Below, piece by piece: positions 46,901-57,803 of a stretch of DNA of 64,000 nucleotides (the stretch's first letter is position 1; every line of letters starts with the position of its first letter). The DNA is from Heterodontus francisci. Taxonomy: Eukaryota. The notes under the pieces are model-generated. The model was given only the letters and a program-made list of their open reading frames with translations. It ran no database searches and had not been told where the DNA came from. Made by a program: the position numbers and the translations under genes. The stretch lies in contig NC_090377.1 in the NCBI RefSeq assembly GCF_036365525.1, positions 32,704,201 through 32,768,200 of the forward strand. Reading direction: 5' to 3'.

Positions 46901-47419
46901 CTTGAGAGGGATGGTGATTTCCCCCACCAATCACCAGCTGAATAAGTGGTGATCTTGTTTATTAATATTATGTCCTCCAGATAAAGCCTTGTCTTCCTTT
47001 GAGACTTCAGCCCTGCAGTCTTATGTAGTCTTCATTTTTGCACTCCAGTACCCATTGGATCTTTTGCTGGCATGCCCTAGAAAACTTTGCTTCATTCTGA
47101 CCCATGCTGTGCTGAGCCAAGTGGGAACCACATATACCAGCTGCTTTCACGTTAGAGATAGAAAGTGAGGCCATTCCCATTTATTTGTGTGTAAGCTACA
47201 TATAATGATCTTTCAACTCATTCAAAGCAATGTCACCCATGTCCTCACCTAAACCTGGACCTGCGTCCCTATTATGCCTGTCATCACCAAGCTCCAATGA
47301 CTGCCCATGCTTCAGTGAATTGTCTTTAAAATCCATCTCTCTGCCCTCAAATTCCTCCATGACCTCGCTCCATCCGCGATAGAGAGTAATGGGGGGGGTG
47401 GGGGGTGGATTTTATCCTG

Positions 47420-47792
47420 GAGGTGGAGGTGATTAAGGTGATTGACAAAGTAGACGTAGAGAGGATGTTTCCTCTGGTGGGGCAATCTAGAACGAGAGTC
47501 ATAGTTTTAGGATAAGGGGTAGCAGATTTAAAACAGAGATGAGGAGAAATTACTTCTCTCAAAGTGTCGTGAGTGTGTGGAATTCACTACCCCAGAGTGC
47601 GGTGGATGCTGGGACATTGAGTAAATTTAGGGAGGAGATGGACAGATTTTTAATTAGTAATGGGTTGGAGGGTTATGGAAAATAGGCAGGAAAGTGCAGT
47701 TGAGGCCGAGATGAGATCAGCCATGATTGTATTGAATGGTGGAGCAGGCCCGAGGGGCTGCATTGCCTACTCATGCTCTGAGTTCTTATGTT
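47420..47792 (+). mobile_element. CR1 3' fragment
   Basis: ERMFPLVGQSRTR, FKTEMRRNYFSQ and a 3' UTR ending gttcttatgtt. Confidence 0.85.
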
Positions 47793-49392
47793 CACCTTTA
47801 CGGGAACATGTTGGCCCTGAACTCTCACTATTTCCAGTTTGAATGACTCCCACTGGTCTGATGTAGACTTTCCTACAAGTGGCTGCTCCCAGTCCACTTT
47901 GGCCAGATCCTGTTTTATCATATTGAAATCAGCCTTCCCCCAATTCAGTACCTTTATTTCCAGCCCATCTTTGTCCTTTTCCATAACTACCTTAAATCTT
48001 AGAGTTATGGTCACTATCCCCAAAATGGTCCCCCACTGACACTTCTACCACTTGTCCGGCTTCATTCCCTAAGATTAGGTCCAGTACTGCCCCTTCTCTC
48101 GTAGGACTTTCTACGTGCTGGCTCAAAAAGCTGTCCTGGATGGACTTTAAGAATTCCGCCCCCTTTAAGCTTTTTGCACTAAGACTATCCCAGTTAATAT
48201 TGGGGAAGTTGAAATCTCCTACTATTATTACCCTATTATTTTTACATCTCTCTGAGATTTGCCTACATATCTGCTCTTCTATCTCTCCCTGACTGTTTGG
48301 AGGCCTGTAGTAAACTTCCAGCAAAGTGATTGCCCCCTTTTTGTTTTTAAGTTCTACCCATATGGCCTCATGTGGGGAAACTTCTAAGATATAATCCCTC
48401 CTGACTGCAGTAATTGATTCCTTGATCAACAGTGCAAAACCACCTCCTCTTTTATACCCCCCTCCCATCATGCCTGAAGATTCTATACCCTGGAATGTTG
48501 AGCTGCCAGTCCTGCCCTTCCCTCAACCTTGTCTCTGTGATAGCAATAATATCATATTCCTATGTGTTAATCGACACCCTCAATTCATCTGGTCCGGCAG
48601 CATCTGTGGAAAGAGAAGCAGAGTTAACGTTTCGGGTCAGTGACCCTTCTTCGGAACCTTTCGAAGAAGGGTCAGTGACCCGAAACGTTAAATCTGCTTC
48701 TCTTTCCACAGATGCTGCCAGACCTGCTGAATGGTTCCAGCATTTCTTATTTTTATTTCAGATTTCCAGCATCCGCAGTATTTTGCTTTTATTTTACCCT
48801 CAATTCATCTGCCTTACTTGTAAGACTCCTTGCATTAAAATGGATGCAATCCAGTCTTGCATTATTCGCTTGTGCCTGAACAGGTCTATATTTGCTCTAC
48901 TTTCCAGGCTTACTTAGTTTCTCTTCTATATTTGGCCCTGCGTCACCCCCTACTGTACCTCCACTCTGTAACCCATCCCCCTGCCAAATTAGTTTAACCC
49001 CCACCCCACAACAGCACTAGCCAGCCTCCCAGCAAGGATGTTGGTCCTGTTCTGGTTCAGGTGCAGCCCGTCTGACTTGTACAGGTCCCACCTTCGGCAG
49101 AAACAGACCCAGTAATCCAGGAAACTAAAGCCCTCCCTCCTGCACCATCTCTTCAGCCATGCATTCATCTGCTCTATCCTCATCTTCCATGTGGCACCAG
49201 GAGTAATCCAGAGATTACAACCTTTGAGGTCCTGCTTTTTAATCTGCTACCTAGTTCCCTAAATTCTTGTTGCAAGACCTCATCCCTCTTTCTACCTTTA
49301 TCGTTGGTACCAATAAGAACCACAGCCTCTGACTGTTCACCCTCCCCCTTCAGAATGTCCTGCAGCCGCTCCATGACATCCTTGACCCGAGC
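47793..49392 (-). mobile_element. CR1 5' region (ORF1 esterase + APE) lacking RT and tail
   Basis: LIGTND, DGLHLN, IVGDFNFP, GDSDHN motifs. Confidence 0.9.
48592..48795. mobile_element. Short fold-back Penelope pLTR insertion with two opposed hammerhead cores
   Basis: Inversion centre at ~48658 (cttcttcggaacc|ttcgaagaaggg); 16-bp TSD accctcaattcatctg at 48576-48591 and 48796-48811. Confidence 0.9.
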
Positions 49393-49624
49393 ACAAGATC
49401 TCTCATTAGAATTCTCATTAGAGAACCATAATAGGTGCAACTCACAGAGTGTAGATTATAAATGCAGGCTTTCCTAATCTGTTTGGCCTGAATATTTAAT
49501 TTATAACATAAATGTGATAAGACATTAGAATTTTTAATTTTTCTTAATTAGGTTTAATTTTGATATTGAGTTAAGTGCAAGGAGTGGTACACAAGCTTTG
49601 GTGCTGTGCTTAAAGCCAGAATGA

Positions 49625-49802
49625 TAAATTGGCCACTATAAATTGCCCCGAGTATAGGTAGGTGGTAGGGGAATATAGGGACAGGTGGGGATGTGGCAGG
49701 AATATGGGATTAGTATAAATGGGTGGTTGATGGTCGGCACAGACTCGGTGGGCCGAAGGGCCTGTTTCAGTGCTGTATCTCTAAATAAAAATAAAATAAA
49801 AT
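49625..49802 (+). mobile_element. 5'-truncated HE1-like SINE
   Basis: Matches 28513-28680; (taaaa)n tail. Confidence 0.85.
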
Positions 49803-49984
49803 GTTACCCACCTGTGTCATTTCTTAGTGAATGTTACCACTTAACCCTTTATATTCAAGCATGCCAAGTGTTTAATTGAAGAGATTATTAAGGTGCAACT
49901 ATACTACCATTTTTGGATGTGAAAGTAATTGTATAACTCCATAGCAGGTTCCTAAACTGGAGAAGTATGGTGTAAATAGGAAAA

Positions 49985-50780
49985 GAAAACTTGCATTTAT
50001 AAAACACTTTATCACATTCTTAGGATGTTTCTGAATGCTTCCAGATAATGAATTACTTTTGAAATAGTGTTACTGTTGTTAAATAGGCACACATGCCAGC
50101 CAGTTCACCCATCTCTCCTGCACTCACTGACCTGCATTGGTTCCCAGTCAGGCAAAGCCTTAATTTTAAAATTTTCACACTTGCTTCAAATCCCCCCAAT
50201 GGCCTCACCCTTCCCCATCTCCTGTACCCTTCTCCAGCTCTACAATCCTCCAAGATCTCTGCACTTCTCCAATTCTGGTCTCTTGCACATCCCCGATTTT
50301 AATTGTTCCACCATTGGTGGCTATGCCTTCAGCTGTCTAGACCCGAAACTCTGGAATTCCCTCCCTAAACTTCTCCACCTCTCTACCTCTCCTCCTTTAT
50401 GATGATCCTTAAAACTACCTCTTTGACCAAACTTTTGATCAGCTGTCATATCTCCTTATGTGGCTCAAAGTCAAATTTTGCTATTCCTGTGAAATGCTTT
50501 GGGACATTTTACTGTCACAAATGTAATGCAAGATGTTTGCACACACAAAGATCCCATGGACAACAAATGAATGATCAGTTCATTTGCTTTTGGTGGTATT
50601 GGTTGAGGGAAAAATGTAGATCAGGATATTCAGAATACTTCCTGCTCTTCCTCATGGGATATTTTCCATTCACCTGAACAGGACCTTCACTTAACATCTC
50701 ATCTAAAAGCTGGCAGCTGTGGTTAATCTGCTCGTCTCAAAACTAGGGAGAATGCTATCAACTAAGCCAAAGTGACACCT
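49985..50780 (-). mobile_element. Decayed Deu-type SINE with a nested + strand L2 3' fragment (~50090-50530)
   Basis: Starts aacttgcatttat (reverse-complemented L2-type tail) and resembles 63225-63465. The nested piece reads ISPALTDLHWFPVRQSLNFKI. Confidence 0.65.
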
Positions 50781-51001
50781 AAGGACCAATTCTGACATTT
50801 AATATCTGAAAGAATCAGTGTTACTCCACTTGAGTTTGGCACTGCACATAATGCAAATGTCAAATCTATCTTAAAAAGTTCTAAGAGATTCCTTGGAGTT
50901 TTAAATTAGCTCATAACAAGGAATAGGTGACCAGTCTTCTGGCCATATACAAAATATCCGACTCAATGCAGAAGACAACTTCAACAATAGGATGAGCTAT
51001 G

Positions 51002-51713
51002 GGGCTGAAGTTTTGGCCCCTGCTGAGAGTGGGGACAGGGGTGGATGGCGCCAGAAAATACAGGCACCAGCCGGCGTGCTGGTTTCCTGACGCTGTTTCT
51101 GGTGCCGGCGACGGCGCATTCGGGGCCAATGGGTCTACTTGCCCCTACGGGATTCATTATCAATCTTGTTAACTGTAATTAAATCAGGTCGACTGAAATT
51201 TTCCAATCGGCCTCCAGTTTCCCGAACCAATCGGGACAAGTTAACTGCCTGGAGGCGGGCACTCAGCAGCAGGCCGGGTGCCAGCACACCTGGCGGGTCT
51301 AGAGGCTCTCCCTGCATGCCTGGGTGTGGGTGTAGCCAAATGCTGCCCAGTAGAGGGAATCCCCCACCGCTCTCTTCCCTCCCCCACCACCGCTCTCTTT
51401 CCCCCCCCACACCTCACCGCCACCCCCCCACCCCCCAAACCCCTGCATCCCCACAACAGTGATGGCCTGGATGCTGTACCTGTTTTTTTAGTTTAAATTT
51501 AAAAATGTTGGTGAGAGGGTTCCTTCATGTTGAAGCCTCTGATTGGCCGTCCAGCTTCAAGAGCCCACCCATCACCCTTAATTGGACAGGGAATCTGTCT
51601 AAATGCCAATTAAGAAGGCATCTCCGTGAAGATACAAAAGTGACTGTTTCCCCCAGGTGGGGCAGGTTTGGAACCTACTCCTGTTTCCCACCCCCAGAGG
51701 GAAAATCCAGCCC
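51002..51713. mobile_element. GC-rich MITE with TIRs and a 3-bp TSD
   Basis: atg|gggctgaagtttt ... aaaatccagccc|atg. A 3-bp TSD is typical of PIF/Harbinger. Confidence 0.75.
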
Positions 51714-54700
51714 ATGGTTTCTGCAGGGATTGTAGGTGTTTCTACATAGAGAAAATGAGAGAGAAGTATTTGAAATGAGACCATCTTTCCCATCTCCAAT
51801 CATGGATATTAGAGGTCCAGTTTAGCTATGCTGTTTGATTTGTAAATTTTACCACTTGTTCCAGTCCTTCTACCAAGTGTTGATAGTCTTTGACACTTTG
51901 TTGACTCTATTTATGATTTTGTAGCTGACTTTGCGATCATCAAGAGCAAAAATTATCCACAATGATCAATGCATCCAAGGCTTTACAGAAGCCTTTTTAA
52001 ATTTGATGTTGGCTCATTTCTCAAAAAAATGCACATTCCACAACCAGAAGATTAAAACCTTTTTAAAATAAACTAGGGAGGATATAGCAGAGGCACAAGT
52101 TCAACAGTAAAAGGAACAGTGCCAGATGACTGGTGAACAGCAAATGCAATTTCTATCTTCAAAAAGAGAGATCGCTCTAATTCAGGGAACTATGGATCAC
52201 CTGCCTTAACATCGGTGGTATGAAAAATACAAAAGTCTTTGTTAAAAGATTAGATAGTAAAGCATTTAGATCATTAAATTTGGCTCTGTATTCAGCACTA
52301 TGGGTTCCAATTTGCCTCAAAAATGGTGTCTGAGGCATATGTGCATAATTCTGGTGCTAGCCACACTGGTTGACATTTTGACAGGTGTTAACATGTGCAG
52401 GGAATGTCCACTGAATTGGCAGTTCATGATTTGACACCAGCAGTGCGATCTTAGAGTTCAATGTTCAGCTTATGTCCGTTTGTAACCTCACTCAGCTGAA
52501 TATGAGTCCAGCAGCATGAAGGACCCCTTCCCCCACTGCAACGCTACTTAACAAGATCATCAACTACATTCAGCTTAGCTGCTGATTGATTTTTACTGGC
52601 TCTTACTGTGATTGTAGAAGTGTTTCATGGTTTCCAGAGTTGTTTTAAGTTGCTGAAGTTTACAGAGAATGGTTTGGTAAGTGCTGAAAGATTATGTCCT
52701 GCTTTCAAGGATTCTGTACAAGCTTCTTGTTCCCAGACATGGGTTCAGTAATATACATCCTCCTTGGACTAGAGCATGAAAGGGAGAATGAGCAGATGCA
52801 ACACAAAGTAGGACAAGCTGCTGAAAGAGGACGGTGGAGGAGGAGTGGGGAATAGAAGGGATCTTAGTAGGAGGCCAGAATGTTCAGGGAGCAGTGAATA
52901 ATAGTGTGTCAGACATCTGTGCTTTACTATGGAGGTCCTCACTGTAAGATATACTGCAGCCTCAGAGCAGGGCGAGAACAGGATTGCCAGTGGCTGTGAA
53001 GGTGACTGTGACCATGAACTTTTATCTATTGGAGATATTTGTAACATCTTGGAGTTTGCAATCCACTGTTGCATAAGGGTCACTTAGTCTCTGTGTTCCA
53101 AGAGACCTGAATGCATTTCATTCCCTCTTGCCAGAGAAAAGCAGGCAGAGAGATCCTATGGTTTGTAGTCTTCCCTATGGTGCAGAGTGCCATTGACTGT
53201 ATGCATGTTTACACTGCATGTAAACACTGATAGGTACTACAATCAGAAGGAATTCCACTGCCTCAACCTCCCACTTGTGTGCGACAATACACAGTGTATC
53301 ATGCAGCTTAATACCTGAAATCCTGGCAGCATTCATGATGTCATCATTCTGTGCAGTCTGCTGTGCCAGCTGCATTTGAGCCACCAAAAGAAACTGGAGG
53401 GTAGCTACTGAGCAACAAGGGCTATCAGCTAACAACATGGCTCATGAGTTTGACGCACAACCCACACAAAGAGGGGCAACAAGCATACAATGAACATCAT
53501 GCTGCCACATGGAATGTGATAGAGTAGACCATTGGCATCCTTAAACAATGCTTCTGCTGCCTCTTCACTCTAGCAGAACCCTGCAGTACTTGGCAGAGTG
53601 CATGACCAAATTCGCCATGATATGCTGCATGCTGCACAACTTCAGCATCATGAGGGCACAGCCTTTGCCACTATACAGGGACCAGTTGAGAAGGAGGAAG
53701 AGGAGGAGGAGGACAAGGAAGGAAGGAGCCAACCAACACAGCCTCTTTCTGGCCAGGCTGTCTGTGATTGACTCATCTGACTGTGGTGCTAGTGAACACA
53801 ACCCCAAATCTCCATTTACCAGCAGTCCCACACCTTCTCCTTCCTCTGTCACTGACCATCACAGCAACCTCTTGGCCAAAATGGCAAAATAAAAGCCAGC
53901 ACAAAATGAACATTCCAAATCAAATTAATAAATTAAACTATGCTGTATTGCATACAAATGTCAACTATTCACCCTTGTGCATTTTGCTAGCGCTTGTCTT
54001 CCATGTACCTTTAGTCTAGTGCTCCTACACAATGCTACTCCGGTGGTTGCAGCATGGCTGATGGAAGGCTGCTGACTTTCAGTGCAGGGGACTGTAGATG
54101 GCCTTACTCAAGCAGCTCTGGGCCTAGAAGGCCCTGCTTCGGACTGCACCACCTCTGCAGTCTCGGCTGGCTTGTTGATAGGCAACAGCAAGGGCACTCA
54201 TGGATTGGCTATGGTGGAAGGACAAATACTGCCATCCTGAGAGAGGACAGCAGGTTCATGCACCAAGGAGCCACTGCCACCACTCACACCCCCTCCCCCA
54301 CAACCCCCAGAGCAGGTCTCAGCATACTTAGCAATGGGCTGAAGGACAGATTGCTGTGAGACCCTGCAAGCTCCTTTGAACACTGTTATCTGTAACTATA
54401 CTGGCAGCAGTTCGAGCCTGCGTGGCATCAAGCTGAATTTGTATGACAGCAGTGTGATCTTGCGTAGTAGCAAATTGAGCATGCGTGACTTCAGTCTGAT
54501 CTTCCATTGCAGAAGCCAGATGTTGGGTGGCTTCTGCTTGTACTGCAAAGGTCACCAGACACTGCATCACGGACGAGTCCGCAAGTGTTCTCATAGAGTT
54601 GGCCACCACTTCCATGCTGGAGAGGATGGGCACAAGCTCTTTGCAAAGCCCTGTACCAAGTTGGAGTTGGACTCCTCCATGCTCCTTGACCTTGCCAACA

Positions 54701-55166
54701 GGCTTTCTGGCAGGACTGCCACACATCAGTACTTCAGTGTGCATACCCATCAACCTTCTTCTGTAGGCTGTCCCATCAAAGACCTCATCTGAGTCCTCTG
54801 CAGCAGAACTCCTGTGTGACCTCGCCCTCCAGTGAGCAGGCACCTTTGCTACCTTTGTTCCCTCCCCTGGCTGCAACCCACTCATGACCAGAGTCTCGCT
54901 ACGTGCAGGTCCCACCTCTGAGCTATCCATTAAAGTAGGCATGGTGTCAGTATCTGAGTTGGTGACTGTGAGAATGAGAGCAAGTGACACTGTCTTCCTG
55001 CTTTTCCACCTTTCTCTTCCATCACTGCCTGGTTAGGCTGCAATTCTTAGGTATCTGAAAAGAGAAAGGCACAAGGGTAGGGCAATGGTGAGGGAGAGTT
55101 GGGGGAAACAAGAGGTGCACATGTACACCATCTGCAGCTTTTAAATTGACAGATTTAAAAAAAAAT

Positions 55167-55552
55167 ATTTGTTTGTGGGATGTGGGCGTCGCTGGCTAGG
55201 CCAGCATTTGTTGCCCATCCCTAATTTCCCTTGAACTGAGTAGCTTGCTTGGCCATTTCAGAGGGCATTTTAAGAGTCAAACACATTGCTGTGGGCTGGA
55301 GTCACATGTCGGCCAGACCGGGTAAGGATGGCAGATTTCTTTCCCTAAAGGGCATTAGTGAACCAGATGGATTTTTACAACAATCAACAATGGTTTCATG
55401 GTCATCATTAGACTAGCTTTTATTCTCAGATTTATTAATTGAATTCAAATTTTATCATCTGCCATGGTGGGATTCAAACCCATGTCCCCAGAGCATTAGC
55501 CTGGACTCTGGATTACTAGTCCATGGCATTGCCACTACGCCACCACTTCCCC
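55167..55552 (-). mobile_element. Full-length tRNA-derived SINE (same family as 16748-17152)
   Basis: Reverse complement starts ggggaagtggtggcgtagtgg...gggtttgaatccc and has the same body and tail. Confidence 0.85.
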
Positions 55553-55882
55553 TACAACATATTGTGGAATGATGGGAAAGTGGAATGTGGGAAGGAGGAT
55601 TAGGTGTGAGCATACTTTCATCTTCAATGGTTTCAGCCCGCCGCTGTTCATGGCCTTAGTCATGACCGCTCCAATGGTGGCGACACTGTCTCCTCTATGG
55701 GGGTAAAGACATGCAGCTGTGTCTGGATCCCACCAGCTGGGTGCTTCTGCTAGAGGTTATGCATCACTGTGTCCTGCAAGAGAAAAGAAAGTGTGTCAGT
55801 GAGTCTGGTGCAATCTGTTTGGGTGATGTGACGGTCATGGTTGGAATAGCTGGCAGTGTGTGAAAATTGTGAGTTGTGAGGT

Positions 55883-57803
55883 AGCTATGGAGAAAGTGTA
55901 TGTATTGGTGATCATTTTTCAAAATTCTGTAGATTCTGGAATGGTTCCTGCAGATTGGAAGGTAGTAAATGTCACTCTACTATTCAAGAAGGGAGGGAGA
56001 GAGAAAACAGGGAACTACAGACGTTAGCCTTACATCAGTAGTAGGGAAATTGCTAGAATCTATTCTAGATAGATGGACACTTGGATAATAATGATCTGAT
56101 TGGGTATAGTCAACATGGATTTATGAATGGAAAATCATGTTTGATGAACCTGTTGGAGTTTTTTGAGGATGTTACTAACAGAATTGATAAAGGGGAGTCA
56201 GCGGATGTGGTATACTTGGATTTTCAGAAGGCTTTTGATAAAGTCTCCCACAGGAGGTTGGTTAGCAAAATTAAAGCACATGGGATAGGAGGTAATATAC
56301 TGGCATGGATTAAGGATTGATTAACAGGCAGAATAAATAAAATAAAACAGATAGTAGGAATAAACGGGTCATTCTTGCATTGGCAGTGGGGTACTTACAA
56401 GGATCAGTGCTTGGGCCCCAGCTGTTCACAATATATATCAATGATTTGGATGTGGGGACCAAATGTAATAATTCCAAGTTTTTCAGATGACACAAAACTA
56501 GGTGGGAATGTGTGTTGTGAGGAAGATGCAAAGCAGCTTCAAGGGGATTTGGACAGACCTGCTGAGTGGGCAAGAACATGGCAGATGCGATATAATGTGG
56601 AAAAATGTGAGGTTATCCATTTTGGTAGGAGGAATAGATGTGCAGAGTATTTCTTAAATGGTAAGAGATTAGAAAGTGTAGATGTACAAAGGGACCTGGG
56701 TGTCCTCGTCAATATGTCGTTAAAAGCTAACATGCAGGTGCAGCAAGCAATTCGGAAGGCTAATGGTATATTAGCCTTTATCGCAAGAGTACAGGAGTAG
56801 CGAAGTCTTGCTTCAATTGTTCAGAACCTTAGTTAGACCACACCTGGAGTACTGTGTGCAGTTTTGGTTCCCTTACTTTAGGAAAGAAAACAAGCTTTCT
56901 ACTCCGAGCTCCTTCACGACAAGAGGCTACCAGGAAGGCAGAGGAAACACTACAAGGATGTCCTTAAAGCCTCCCTGAAAAAATGTGACATCTCCACTCA
57001 TTTGTGGAAATCTCTTGCCCGAAACCACCCAAAATGGAGAAGAAGCATCCACGAAGGTGCCAGCCAGTTTGAACAATGTCAACATGCCCAGGCAGTGACC
57101 AAATGTCAACAGCAGAAGGAGAGTTCGGAAATTCAATCATCCCATTCACTCACCTCACCAAACACCACCTGCCCCACCTGTGGCAGAGAGTGCGGGTCCA
57201 GAATTGGACTATTCAGTCACCTAAGGACCCACAACCCTGAAGTAGAAGAAAGTCATCCTCGTTCCCAAGGGATTGCCCAAGAATTAGAAGATTATTGCCA
57301 CATACGGAGTGCAACGAAGGTTCACCAGACTTGTTCCCGGGATGGCAGGACTGTCCTATGAAGAGAAATCAGGGAAACTGGGCCTGTACTCTCTGGAGTT
57401 TTCAAGAATAAAAAGTGATCTAATTGAAACCTATAAAATACTTAATGGGATAGACAGGGTTGATGCAGCTAAGATGTTTCCCCTGGTTGGGAAGTCTAGA
57501 ACCAGGGGACACAATTTCAAAATAAGGGGGAAGCCACTTAGGACAGAGATGAGGAGAAATTTCTTTACTCAGAGGGTTGTGAATCTTTGGAATTCTCTAC
57601 CCAGAGGGCTGTGGAAGCTCAGTCATTGAGTATGTTTAAAGCAGAGATTGACAGATTTCTAAATACCAATGACATAAAGGGATATGGCGATAGTGTGGGA
57701 AAAAGGCATTGAAGTGGATGATCAGCCATGATCGTATTGAATGGCACAACAGGCTCGATGGGCTGAATGGCCTACTCCTGCTCCTATGTTCCTATGTTCT
57801 TAT
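55883..57803 (+). mobile_element. 5'-truncated CR1 in the intron of the Harbinger C accessory gene
   Basis: SQHGFMNGKSCL, VYLDFQKAFDKV, FSDDTKLGG; (cctatgtt)n tail. Confidence 0.9.
56887..57290 (+). mobile_element. RTE-clade LINE 3' fragment with a C2H2 zinc finger, nested in CR1
   Basis: KQAFYSEL..KRLPGRQRKHYKDVLKASLKKC..WKSLARNHPKWRRSIHEG...CPTCGRECGSRIGLFSHLRTH. Confidence 0.8.

Noticed and set aside
57002-57361. ORF with a C2H2 zinc finger as a host transcription factor
   Set aside because: It is the C-terminus of an RTE retrotransposon nested in a CR1.
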